Part shown: positions 14,277-26,510 of the stretch, in pieces
How positions within the stretch are numbered: position 1 is the first letter of the stretch
How the letters are laid out: each line of letters starts with the position of its first letter
Assembly: GCF_006345805.1 (NCBI RefSeq)
Contig: NC_043010.1
Span: 30,380,001-30,444,000 of the forward strand
DNA from: Octopus sinensis
Taxonomy: Eukaryota
DNA: 64,000 nucleotides
Reading direction: 5' to 3'
Notes under the pieces: model-generated
The model's input: the letters and a program-made list of their open reading frames with translations, nothing else
Databases searched by the model: none
What the model was told of the DNA's origin: nothing
Translations under genes and position numbers: made by a program

Positions 14277-15329
14277 CACACACACACACACATATATATA
14301 TACACACACACACACATATCTATATATATATGCAGACACAAACACACACATATATCTTTGGCCTTTTGTTTGTTTCAGTCATTGGTATGTGGCCACACCT
14401 TGAAGGATTTAACTGAACAAATCGACACCAGTACTTATCCTATCAGTTCCTTTTGCCAAACTGCTAGGTTACTGAGATTTAAACAAATCAGCATTAGTTG
14501 ACAAAACACAAATATGCATATACACACACATACATACATACACACAAATATACACATACATACATAATACATACATACATACACACACACTATGCATACA
14601 TACATGGTGAGCTTCTTTCAGTTTCCATTTACCAAACACACTCACAAGGTTTGGTCAGCTCAGAGCAATTGTAGAAGATACCTAAGAACACTGTACAGTG
14701 TAACTGAGCTCAAGACCATATGGTTGTGAAGTAAGCTTCTTAACCACACAGCCATCCCTGCACTTGTGTGTGTGTGTGTGTGTGTATTTATGGGGAAAGT
14801 AAATACATGAGAATGTTCAAATTGGAGTTGTCGTTTGTATTATTCTAGATGTTAAATTTTATTACAGAGTTGTTTTTTTAAAGTTTTTAGTTTCTCAACT
14901 TCTCTAAATGTATCCATTTCAACTAGTGTATCATCTATGTATATAGTGCATATAAGTATTGCAGCCTACTTTATTTTTGGGTGTCTCTGTATGTTTTCTA
15001 TTTTGATATCTATTGTGATATTGGGATTTTAATGAACAAACTTTCTACCTCTAAGGTGGAGATAGTACCTGTTGTAATGGTTTCTTCTAAAATCTGTAAA
15101 AATTCTTCAGATGACCTTATACTATATTTCTCTGGCGTACGTCTTTTGATAATATTGCCTATGTATTTGGCAATTGAATATGTAGGTGTATTTATTTGGG
15201 CTGTAATGTCCCTGAAGGGGTTGCTTTGTTTGTGTATTGTGTTTTTCCTCTTGATAAAAACTACAGCATCATTCTTGTCAATGGTGTATATATGTTAGGT
15301 ATGATACATAGATTGTTGTTTTAATGTAG

Positions 15330-17375
15330 TGATGTTTCAAATGCATACACTGAGCATATATGTTTATAAGACCAAGGTCCTAGTAAGCAAGAAACCGGAC
15401 TGGATCCTACCTCTTTCATGTAAATAACCCTGCTCGATATGGAAAGGTGTAAGCAGGAATTCCATTTGGTGTACCCAGTGCAATCTAAGGACACATAAGA
15501 GGTACAGTGAAATAATACAAAGGTTAACAAAAAAAGTAATGTTTGCACGTGGAAGATGTACAGAAGCCATAAAGTCTACAGATACATGGAAAATTGATTT
15601 TCTGAAATACTCCGGGGGCTCTCTAGAGGTAGTGGATAATTTCTGGTACCTAGGTAACCAGTAACCTAATTAGAAGTGGAGGAAGTTATACCAAAAGTGT
15701 AATTGCTGGAGTAAGAATGGGATGGAGAAAGTTCAGAGAGCTTTTACAACTGTTGGTAACCAAAGGTTTCTCTCTCTTTCACTGAGTGAAATGAAGATTG
15801 TATGCTGCATGTGTATGAAAAGCAGTGCCTCATGTTAGCAAGATATGGGCTCTGAATGCAGAAGGCTAAAAAGGAATGAAGCTCTCTATGTTCCACTGGA
15901 TGTGCAATATTCGTGTATATGTGCTGCAGAGCGCTAGTGTAGTGAGAGAAGCATTGTTGCTGGTGTCACATAAAAGGCACCCATTACTCTTTGTAAAGTG
16001 GTTGATGTTAAGAAGGGCATCCAGTTGGTTCACTTACACTTAGTGATTCTGGAAAGAAAGTGCATAGTAGCATTACTGTGAAAGGTTACCAAATGTGGAG
16101 AAAATACAGATGGAGAGTCTTCCCAATGTGGATCCATCAGAGGGACCTGCTACCTTAGCATTAGACAAAATAATTAAAGGTATGAAGGCTACAAAAACAA
16201 AGCCTCTGGTCCATCAGGAATTACAATTAACATGCTTAAAGTATTTGGCACAGTAGGATATAGCCTTGTCACCCAAATAGTTAATCAGCTTGTACAGGTA
16301 GGTAACATGCCCAATGGTTGGCATAGCAACATTCAAGTCAACTGTTACAAGGATAAAGGAAATGCCTCAGAAAGAAGTAATTACAGAGGTATCAAATTAC
16401 TGGACCAGATCATGAAAGTTATGAAAGAGTTATAAACTCCAATTAATTATGAAGAGAGTTAGTCCAAATGAGATGCAGTTTGGTTTTGTGCCAGAGAGTG
16501 TTATCAATGTTTTTGTTGTGGTAAGATAACTGCAGAAGTAAGCATGAAGAAAAGCCTTCAACAAGGTTCTTCACTCTGTGATATGGTTGTCTCTGAGGAA
16601 GCTATAGATTGATGATTGGTTTGCAAGAGTCATACAAGCCATGTATAGGGATGCTATTAGTAAGGAGAGAGTTAACAATATGTGTAGGAAAGGTGTAGTA
16701 GAAATGTGGTGTACCCTGTGCAAGTTATGGGCACACAAAAGGAATTACAAGAAGGTTGAAGGAGGAAGTAGACTTTGCATGTGGTTGATGTATAGGGACA
16801 ATAAACACTTATAACACCTGGAAAGTGGATTCTCTCAAATGGCCAGTATTTTCCCTAGAGGTAGTTGATAGTTTCTGTTACTTAGGTGACCCAATTAGCA
16901 GTGGAGGAGGAAGTTCTGAGAGTAAAGTTGCTGGAATAAGAATAGGATGGAGAGGGTTCAGAAAGTTATCATCTTTATTGGAAACAAAAGATCTCTCCTT
17001 CAGAGTGAAAAGCAGATTGTACAAAGACTGTGTATGAACTGCAATACTGCATAGTAGTGAGATGTAGACCTTGAACGTTGATAAGAGAAGACCAGAAAGG
17101 AATGATGCTTATATGCTCTGATGGTTGTGCAACATTAGTGTGCATATGCATCAAAGTGCAAATGTGTTGAGAGAAATCTTGCACATAGGTGGAATCAGAT
17201 GTGTGCTGGAGTCATCCATGTGTTGTGTATGGATGATGACATGTATAAAAAATGCTGGTCATTGAAGGTTGATGGAACTTGTGGAAGAGGGAGACCCAGG
17301 AAGATATGGGATGGAGTAGTAAGGGCTGATCTCCAGATGCTGAGCTTCACAGTGGAGATGATAAAGGACCAAGTT
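15330..17375 (+). pseudogene. Cluster of rearranged and decayed RTE LINE fragments
   Basis: SNYRGIKLLDQIMKV, VVDSFCYLGD, GIRIGWRGFRKL, GTCGRGRPRKIW. Confidence 0.8.
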
Positions 17376-17951
17376 AATTTTTTTCCTTTTTTGCCGTGCT
17401 CATGAAAACCCCTACGTCATATTGAAAGTGAGGTCCTAAAATCATAATGTGTATATCTATACATTCACTGGGCATCGTCCCCATCAAACTTTCCCACCTC
17501 TCATCTTCCTAACACCTATCCCTCTATCAGTTCTAACAGTGGCATTATTCAACTGCTGAATTGAATTCAGCCTTACATATTTCATCCTCTTTGTGCTATT
17601 AGTGACCTCCCCATCTCCTTGAATCACTTCCTTTAGCATTCATCACTCATTTCTCAATATCGTTACCTCGCATTTTACATTCCACTGGCATCCCTTTCTA
17701 TACCTCCGCTACCTCTTACTCTCTTCTGAGCTACAGCTTTGGCTTGCTATATCTTATCTTTAACACTCTCTCACATCTCCTGACACTCTCAACAGCCCTC
17801 TCATATGAACTATCATTCCCAACACCCTCTCTTCATACTGTTTGTATTCTTGTTTAATTTATTTAGCTTCTTTTTTTTCTTTTTCAGCTAGTTCTGTATG
17901 AAGGGACCAGATGACAACCATTAACCTCCTGATGCCCATAACACTGTAGTT

Positions 17952-18102
17952 ATGCCTCGCCGAAAATCAGCAGAAAGCCTAAAGAAGCAATGCCTTCACA
18001 GCATTGCTTTTAACATGGACAAGATGTTGAGCTCGGATTTCTATTCTAGTTTCCCAGTGGGTCCGCGTCTCTACTATGTTATCGGACCATTTAGCTGCCT
18101 CA
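17952..18102 (+). CDS. LRR protein with BC-box-like N-terminus, coding exon 1 (MPRRKSAESLKKQCLHSIAF...GPFSCL)
   Basis: Polypyrimidine acceptor ending in CAG at 17887; ATG 17952 follows an in-frame stop; donor GTAAGT at 18103; phase 1 end joins exon 2 in frame. Confidence 0.85.
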
Positions 18103-19429
18103 GTAAGTATTTTGACATTTGCAGTATTACACCTAAATTTCTCAGCACAGAAATCCTTTATTAACCTTCTCATATTTTGTATAGCTTTGTCCTTCACTGC
18201 AGTTTGATCAGGATCATTCTCTTTTTGTCTCAAAGTGTGTGTGTATTATTCTGCAACTCACCATCCCTTTATACTGCCAGTCATCACTTTCTCTCCTCTG
18301 TGCCACATCTACTGGTAGCCATCCCTCATTCTTACCATCTTCCAAAATTCCCCAACACTTACCCTTCCTGATCTTCTAACCCCTCACACTCTCCTATTTA
18401 CTTTTGTGATTCATAGAGGCGGTGAGCTGGCAGAAACGTTAGCACGCTGGGCAAAATGCATAGCCATATTTCATCTGCTGTTACGTTCTGAGTTCAAATT
18501 CTGCCGAGGTCGACTTTGCCTTTCATCCTTTCGGGGTCAATAAATAAAGTACCAGTTTCACACTGGGGTCGATGTAATCGACTTAATCCCTTTGTCTGTC
18601 CTTGTTTGTTCTCTCTATGTTTAGCCCCTTATGGGCAATAAAGAAATATATTTACTTTTGTAATTCTTGATGGTACACTATTACACCACCACACAATATT
18701 TACTGCCACCGCCCTAATATAATTTCAGTTAGCCATGTGTCTCCTCTACAACAAACCTGTTTCTGCCGTCTATCATACTTTTCTCAACACTTCGCATAAA
18801 GCTGCCACCCTTTTTACTTTCCTTTCTCTCAGTTGATGGTCTCTTTAGTCTTGCAGATTACATGGGGACTTCACCTGTGCTGGTGCCATAAAGAAAAGCA
18901 CCCTGTACATTCTGTAAAGTAGTTGGAATTAGGAAAGGCTCCTGACGACAGAAATCATGCTAAAACTGAAACATTGGAGTAAGACATGGTCCTCTGACCC
19001 ATTGAATCCTCTTGAACTGTCCTACCTGTGCAGGCAAGTAGACAAGATATGATGAGGATAGTGATGAGAATATAGGGTGCAGTCATGACTGTATGGTAAA
19101 GAATTTCTCTGAATCTGCTATTTCTAGCACATCAAGCTCTGTATAAAAGCTTCCTTAACTAGACGTAATCTGGAGTTTTGAATCAGTGACAAATCCACTT
19201 TATTTAAATATCTAATGTCCATGGGAAGACATGAATGTCACTATGCAACACTTCCTTGCCAACTACTTACTCAAAATTTGATTTCATTCACCTCTTTCTG
19301 CTCACAAAGTGATTGTAAAGACATTCTTTATATTTGTTTCGTGTATAATGCAATAGCTAAATCTTGAACTAATTTCATACTATTTTGTATATAAGATGCC
19401 TTAGCTTAAATCTGTACTAATTACTGTAT

Positions 19430-19645
19430 GAGGATCTTTTCGGTTTGAACGGCAGTTTTTTCTAGTGGTGTCATATGAAATTGTCACCCATAATTATGAC
19501 CCTAGTATCGATCTATTGCATTTCAATCTGTTTTAGGGTTAGGGGGAAGGGTATCTTTTTTTCTTCAGAAATGTAAATAAACCCAATCTGTTTCTTAAAC
19601 GAGGGACATATTCATATGGCACAGAATGTTTTCTCCTCAATAGAC
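19430..19645. repeat. Unclassified dispersed repeat; a related end appears reversed at ~43530-43812
   Basis: gaggatcttttcggtttgaacggc versus the reverse complement of gccgtcaaattgaaaagatctc. Confidence 0.45.
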
Positions 19646-20819
19646 GTCTGCCCCAGCATGGCCACAGTCCAATGACTGAAACAAGTCAAAGATAAAAAAA
19701 AGATAAAACTGAAGAAAAAAGATAACAAATATCTTACAAACTATAGAATTTTCTCAATAAAGCCAAGAGAAAAAGATGTTTTATAAACACATTCTACTAG
19801 TATACAAAGTTTAAAAGTGTTTAGTTACGTGGAAATTATTTAACAAAACTGCTGTTCAAACTGAAAGGTATTACACACCACACTGATGGCTAAAATGCAC
19901 TCTAATTATTAGATTATAATAATCTAATTGTTTAACATCTGTTTTACTATCCCAGCATCGATTTGACTAGGAATCATTTTTATGATTGGATGCTGTCTCT
20001 GTTGCCAATCCTTACCTGCTTTACTGATTTAAGGAATTTTTTTTTTACTCCAGAGCTCTTTAAAAACACACTGTAACTGGTCATAACATTAACATCACCA
20101 CTGTGAGGAGCTCGAACTATTAGCATTCATACACATACTTATATATGTGTGCATACACAACAACAACAGTGGGCTTCCTGCAGTTTCCTTCTCCCAAAAT
20201 TCACTCACTTAGCCAAGCTGCTATGAACTAGGAGTGAACCTCAAGCCATATGGTTGTGAAATGAACCTCTTAACCTCACAGCCATGCCTGCTCCTGTACT
20301 ATATTACACATTTATATTGTATATAAAAGAAAACTCTGATACTAATGCTGTACCATGGTTTTTGATCAAGAAAAGGTAACTCAAGCAATTCAAAATGTAT
20401 TAAAGTCAATAACTTTATTTATCTGCAGGGTTCTAGAAATATTTGAGTTGGTGACTGAACAAGTAGTAACACCTCTGAATTTGGGTGGGACAGACCTTTA
20501 GTTTTAGTCAGAACATCATTCTCAGAGATGGAAAACTCCAAATTCATTATCTCCAAGCTGTTTTGCTGGTAAGGCTGTGGTACATGACAGATCTCCAACT
20601 AAGGGCTGAGTAGTCTCACTGACTTTTGAAGGTTTTTAGATGGGAGATGGATAAAGGATACATTCTTAAAGTGTCATATAAAAAAGCATTGGTGTGGGTA
20701 CTGGTGCTGCACACAAATCACTTGTGCTGGTGCCATGTAAAAAGCACCCAATACACTCTGTTAAGTGGTTGGCATTAGGAAGGTCATCCAGCTGTAGAAA
20801 CCAAGCCAAAACAGACTAT

Positions 20820-21130
20820 GGAATGAGACGTCTGCGTTGGCTGGGTCATGCCCTCCGTCGTCAACCAGGAGAATTTATCTATGAAGCAATTGCCCCAGCT
20901 TCCCTTCAGGTGGGCATAATAAAAAACCTGGCTGATAACAGTCAAGGCTGATCTGGAACCAAACCTAGGCCCCCACATCTATGGCATCGCTGCTGGAATA
21001 AAGAGTGGCTGGAGATCACGCGGTCGTTAGCCTCAAATTACCAGGTCTGGTCTGCGTTTGTGAGAGATGTAGCATTGAGGATGAATGAAGCCAGCTCAAC
21101 CCACCCTGGGTGAATGCTGTCTCAAAACAA
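20820..21130 (+). pseudogene. RTE-type LINE 3' fragment
   Basis: RRLRWLGHALRRQPGE motif. Confidence 0.6.
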
Positions 21131-21466
21131 GAAGACAAGATGGAACCTGGTATGGGGCCCCTAGCCTTGCCAGTTTCTGTTAAGCCACCCAACCCATGCC
21201 AGCATGGGAAAACAGATGTTAAATGTTGATGATGAGCACTATGATAGTTTCCTGTCAAACTCTGCACAATCTCCAGTAACTCCATTTTCTAGTCTCTTCT
21301 CTGGTCATCCTGAGTGGGATATGAGACATTTTGACACAATTGTTTTGGTGTCACTGATTTGACACTGGCATATTTGACATCAGTTGTTTTAATGTTTCTT
21401 TCATTTTAATGATAATCTTGTTCTCCCTTTGTTTGTCTATGTGTCTGTCTATTGCTCTCTCTCCCT

Positions 21467-21670
21467 CTCTCTCTCTCTGTTTATATGTGTGAACATATTT
21501 CTCTCCATGTATATGAAAAGAGGTGAAATTGTTTATGCCATTTGTTTTCAGTTAATAAATTATAATCTCTCTCTCTCTCTGTTTATATGTGTGAACATAT
21601 TTCTCTCCATGTATATGAAAAGAGGTGAAATTGTTTATGCCATTTGTTTTCAGTTAATAAATTATAATCT
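21467..21670. repeat. Exact 102 bp tandem duplication bounded by (CT)n
   Basis: gtttatatgtgtgaacatatttc... at 21479 and 21581. Confidence 0.95.
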
Positions 21671-22487
21671 CTCTCTCTCTTTTTCTGTTTCTGTGTATAT
21701 TTCCACACATGCATGCATGTGTGTGTGTGTTTGCCTCTAGTGCCAAAATGGGTTGACCGTCCATTCGGTTGTACCAAATCAATGTCCAAACGGCCAAGCC
21801 CAATCATTTCATTCTTTCCTCAGCATGTCTTGCTACTGCATTCAAATGGTTCTCAACTCGAGGTTCATATATGATCCTTGAGGGTCCATATCAGATTTTG
21901 TAGTCAAGGTTTATGTGCGATAAACTGGTTATTCTCTTGCAATACACAAAGATGTTTTAACAGTTTTTTTTATGCAATTCTTAATGATATTTAATTTTAA
22001 AAAATATAAGATTTTTTAAAACATTGAATGGTTATAAGAGACCACCTGAGTAAAATAGGGATCTATAGGTAAAAATGGCTTCATAACCAGTTCTAGATGA
22101 ATATGGATAATGTTTTGCAAGTTTTCTCCAACCCAGTATAACCACCACCACTACTACTACCTCCACCATCATCTTGCTCTTAATACCACCCTTGTGCCAC
22201 ACCCTTCATATCACCATCACTACACTTTTTAATACTACAACCACTGCTTACATCATGTCATCACAACCACCACCACTGTCACCATCACAACTAATACCTC
22301 TACCATAACCACAATCACCATCACCACCACTACCATCACAAGCAATATCACCACCATCACACCCACCACCACAATTACCATCACTGTCATCGCTTTCCCT
22401 CCACCATCATGACTATCCTCACTACCACCATTACTACTACTGCCACTATCATCACTAACCCTTCTGTGTTTCTGTCCCCTGTTACAG

Positions 22488-22657
22488 CCACTGAGATGAC
22501 ACAAGACCTGATCAACATTCTCTCAGAGCAACGACTGCTGAAACGACATCATCTGCAAGTATTGATCTGCACTCACTTGAAACAGCTGCAGTTAGATGTG
22601 TGTGGTTCTATAGCCAATCATGACAGTGTTGCACGTATGGTTGGTGTTAGGTGTCAG
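22488..22657 (+). CDS. LRR protein, coding exon 2 (TTEMTQDLINILSEQRLLKRHHLQVLICTHLKQLQLDVCG...VRCQ)
   Basis: Acceptor ctgtcccctgttacag ending 22487, donor CAG/GTAAGT at 22658; phase 1 in, phase 0 out, bridging exons 1 and 3 exactly; LRR-like LxxLxL text. Confidence 0.9.
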
Positions 22658-23069
22658 GTAAGTCACAGAGATGGCACATCATCATCATCATCGTTTAATG
22701 TCCGCTTTCCATGCTGGCATGGATAGGACAGTTTGACCGAAGGCTAGTGAGCCAGAAGGCTGCACTTCCTCTTACTAGTGTTTTGTGTCCTATTTTTTAA
22801 AATTTAACTCCTGTTTTCCTACCTCTTCTGTATTTCACACACCACACCTCACTACCTCGCCTCCCCCTCCCCTCTTTATGACACCTCCACTGCTACACCA
22901 CCTGATGCACATCTAGCCATCACATGTTTAAAAGGTCCACCAATTTTCTTTCCACTCCCTAGCAGTTATTGCAGCGCACTCACACATCAGTGAAGAAAGC
23001 AGAACACTTTTACAGACTTCAAAAATTCGCAGTAGAACTAGTTCCAGCATGAAATAGAATCAAGATTTA

Positions 23070-23830
23070 ACAATATTGCCATAATCACCATCATAGACAC
23101 TGCAGTAAATACATTCAACGAGACCACAGTCAACCTCATAGACATTATAGTGCAGTGGTCCTCAACCAGGGTCAATATGACCTGTGGGGGTCCATATAAG
23201 ATTTTGTTCTTTAAATTTATCTGCAGTAAATTGGTTATACAAAATATTTTTGCAGTTTTTTTAATATGATTCCAAAATATGATTTTTTCAACATTGAATG
23301 GCTATGGGGCTCCCCTGGCACCTGTGCCGGTGGCATGTAAAAAGCACCCACTTCACTCACGGAGTGGTTAACATTAGGAAGGGCATCCAGCTGTAGAAAC
23401 ACTGCCAGATCAGACTGGAGCCTGGTGCAGCCTCCTGGTTTCCCAGACCCCAACTGAACCATCCAACCCATGCTAGCATGGAAAACAGACGTTAAATGAT
23501 GATGATGATGATGATTCAAGTAAAATAGGAATCAAAGGGGTCTATAGGTAAAAGAATGGTTGAGAGCCACTGTTACAGTGCAATATATTCAGCAACATCA
23601 CAATCACCACTACAGACACCATAGCACATACATTTAAGAACATTACAATCGCCACCATAGATATTGTAGTACATTCATTCAATAACACCAGAGCCACTAA
23701 AATAGAGGCTGCAGTACAATGCATTCAACAATACCACAATTACCAACTCACACACACACTGCAGTAGATTCATTCAACAACATCACAAACACCAACAAAG
23801 ACTGCAGTAAATATCCTTAACAAAATAGTT
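23070..23830. repeat. Degenerate ~40 bp minisatellite (cactgcagtaaatacattcaac...) split by the hAT MITE
   Basis: Repeated ctgcagta...attcaac...cac units on both sides of 23153-23572. Confidence 0.6.
23153..23572. mobile_element. hAT-type MITE with a nested RTE-tail insertion (~23310-23515)
   Basis: TIRs CAGTGGTCCTCAACC / GGTTGAGAGCCACTG; 8 bp target duplication ttatagtg / ttacagtg; related decayed copy at ~21845-22095. Confidence 0.8.
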
Positions 23831-24218
23831 ACAGACATATTCAAAAAACATATCCCCAAGGTAGTATAAAAACAGAACTCCAATACTATAACAGAATGAG
23901 AGACAATCTTGACCACAACATATGATGATGAGTCTGGTAGTTTTTTATTTGATTGCTGTCTCATAGCTAAAAAGATTTTGAGCCACAGTCCTTTTGCATT
24001 TGAGCTTAGTCTCTGAAATTATCGATTTTGATGTATATAACTTTTGTATGTTTAATTAGACTATTAAGTGCATATGCCACCATCCAAAATATTTCAATTT
24101 CGTGTCCACTATAATTAACAGATATTTGCTTAAATGCTATAAAATTTATAGCCTGAATTTAATAATCTAATTATCTTTGCATATAAATTAATGCATGTAT
24201 TTTTTTGTTTATTTGTAG

Positions 24219-25847
24219 ACTCTAACAAAGTTAAACTTGTCATCTCTGAACAATATTTCAACTAAGATCTTGGTTGATCTCATCTATAATGTACCACAGA
24301 TCCAGTCCCTTGTATTACAGAACACCAAATGTAATGACCAAGTGATGTCAGTTATTGGTCGAACTTGCTGTCACCTCCGTGAGCTGAATGTCTTCAATTG
24401 TCCTGTTACTGATTCTGGCGCCTTCGGCTTATGCGTGAAAAACTCTGCTGCTGGTGGTGTACCAAATTGTTCCCAGCTTGTCAGCCTGGACATTAATGCA
24501 ACAGCAGTAAGCCTGAATGGTGCCAGTACCATCTTGCAGAATTTACATCACCTGAAATATTTCCAGTATTGTGACGTGTGTGCTGTTTTTGAAAAACTTT
24601 ATCTTGACAGTCTTCGGTTTGGCTCTTCATTTGTTGCCAGCCAGAACCGTGCTTATCGTACTCAACAGCTAGCTAATAGTGATTCATCATCAGTAGGTCC
24701 GTTAGAAGGAAACAAAGACACCAATGCATCATTCATTAGCTTACTGAGCACAGTTGAAGATGGCAATGGGAACAAAGACGCACATGAGGATAAGTCAGAA
24801 AATGTCAATGATGCTGTTAGAAGTAAAATAGCCATGACAGCTCATACCAAAAGCAACAGTTTGAATATTGTTGAGAGTAAGCGTAAGTATTGTATCAACT
24901 CTCTGACTGCAACAGGACTAAAGTGCTCTCTAGTTACTGCCCAAAGTATCAAAATAGCCTGTGAAGTATGTCCATATGTAACTGAGGTGTACCTTCATCA
25001 GAACATTGGTAATAAAGGTATGGTTCACCTGACACAACTCTCACAATTACATGTTCTTGAAGTTGTCAGTTGTGCACCAGATCCCATAACATTCGAAGAA
25101 GGTCTTGTGCCTGTTCTGCGCAAGGCTGGCCCTACGTTATCACGCCTCACTCTGTATGATTTTTCTGATATTGACATTATTCGAATTGGGCAATACTGCC
25201 CTCAGCTTCATTATCTTAATTTAGAGTCATCAATGTGTGACTTTATTGATTATGATATGAATGTTTTGAAGAAGTTCATTGTGAAAAATGGTAGCTTTCC
25301 TCCGTGGCAGGCCATGAAGTGTGCCAATATTCACAATGATAATCCGCACACAAATAAATTGTGGACAAGACAGTCAGTGGGTAGCAAAGCAGGGTCTGCT
25401 TCACTTGGTTCTCCTTATGGTAACCAAGATGACCGGGCGTCTCGATGTCAGGATGAAAATAACAGAGTCGGACTTTTTGCTCACATTAGAAGCTTACGAA
25501 TAATATTACTCAGTGAGACGCATAACTTTCCTGCAGATGTACTACGACTAATCTTAATCAATGCAGAGAATTTGATCCATCTGCATCTAACAAACATGCA
25601 GTTTCTCACTCACAACCTGCTTATTTCAGTCCTGATGCACAACCCGCTGTGTTTCTTACAGACTCTCCTCTTGGAAATGTGTAATGGGGTTGATCGGGAC
25701 TTTGTGATGCGCCTACTGACTGATGAACAGAATGGTCTGCGCAGACTTGATCTGATCGAGTGCCAGAGTATAACTAGGCGGGATTTCGAACACTTTCTAG
25801 ACCGGGTGCGCCAAGATAATGTTGATGTGACAATAACTTGGATGTGA
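24219..25847 (+). CDS. LRR protein, terminal coding exon 3 ([10 protein letters not shown]...DVTITWM*), RNI/AMN1-like cysteine-containing LRRs
   Basis: Acceptor ttttgtttatttgtag ending 24218; 1629 nt open frame to TGA; repeated LxxLxLxxC units ([49 protein letters not shown]). Joined CDS 1950 nt = 649 aa. Confidence 0.95.
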   Translation, partial: TLTKLNLSSLNNISTKILVDLIYNVPQIQSLVLQNTKCNDQVMSVIGRTCCHLRELNVFNCPVTDSGAFGLCVKNSAAGGVPNCSQLVSLDINATAVSLNGASTILQNLHHLKYFQYCDVCAVFEKLYLDSLRFGSSFVASQNRAYRTQQLANSDSSSVGPLEGNKDTNASFISLLSTVEDGNGNKDAHEDKSENVNDAVRSKIAMTAHTKSNSLNIVESKRKYCINSLTATGLKCSLVTAQSIKIACEVCPYVTEVYLHQNIGNKGMVHLTQLSQLHVLEVVSCAPDPITFEEGLVPVLRKAGPTLSRLTLYDFSDIDIIRIGQYCPQLHYLNLESSMCDFIDYDMNVLKKFIVKNGSFPPWQAMKCANIHNDNPHTNKLWTRQSVGSKAGSASLGSPYGNQDDRASRCQDENNRVGLFAHIRSLRIILLSETHNFPADVLRLILINAENLIHLHLTNMQFLTHNLLISVLMHNPLCFLQTLLLEMCNGVDRDFVMRLLTDEQNGLRRLDLIECQSITRRDFEHFLDRVRQDNVDVTITWM

Positions 25848-25899
25848 TTTGTTGCAAACACTCTGTATAAAGTTACATGAAAATATATAAATAAATGTA

Positions 25900-26510
25900 T
25901 ACACACACACACACAAAATATATACATGTATAATGTGTGTATGTATATGTGTGTGTGTGTAAATGTATGTATGTATATATATATGTGTGTGTGTATATGT
26001 ATCTATGTATATATATGTATCTATGTATATATAAATATATATGTATATATATATATATGTATCAATGTATATATATATATGTGTGTGTGTATATGTATGT
26101 ATATATATATGTGTATTTGTATATATGTATATATATATGTGTATTTGTATATATGTATGTATATATGTATATGTATGTATATATGTATATGTATGTATAT
26201 GTATGTATATATGTATATGTATGTATATATGTATATATATATATGCATATATATATATATATATGCATATATATATATGTGTATGTATGTATATATATAT
26301 ATTTATATATCTATATTTATATATATGTGTATATACATATATGTATGTATATATATCTATATGTATATATATGTATGTGTATATATATATATATATAAAT
26401 ATATATATATGTGTATGTATGTATATATATATATATATTTATGTCTATATATATTTACTTGCACACACACATACATACATACATATATATGTGTGTGTGT
26501 GCGTGTATGT
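25900..26510. repeat. Compound (TA/TG)n microsatellite directly downstream of the LRR stop codon
   Basis: Visible; similar tracts at 5050-5425, 27820-28110, 48560-48850, 56930-57380. Confidence 0.97.

Noticed and set aside
19533-19544. TTAGGG x2 as an interstitial telomere
   Set aside because: Only two units, inside a dispersed repeat.
17952-22657. Calling the gene an F-box/LRR (FBXL) protein with a symbol
   Set aside because: No convincing F-box motif seen and no ortholog I can name with confidence.
24237-24239. TTG start given by the ORF track for the 536 aa ORF
   Set aside because: The frame is open from the splice acceptor at 24219 and joins two upstream exons.
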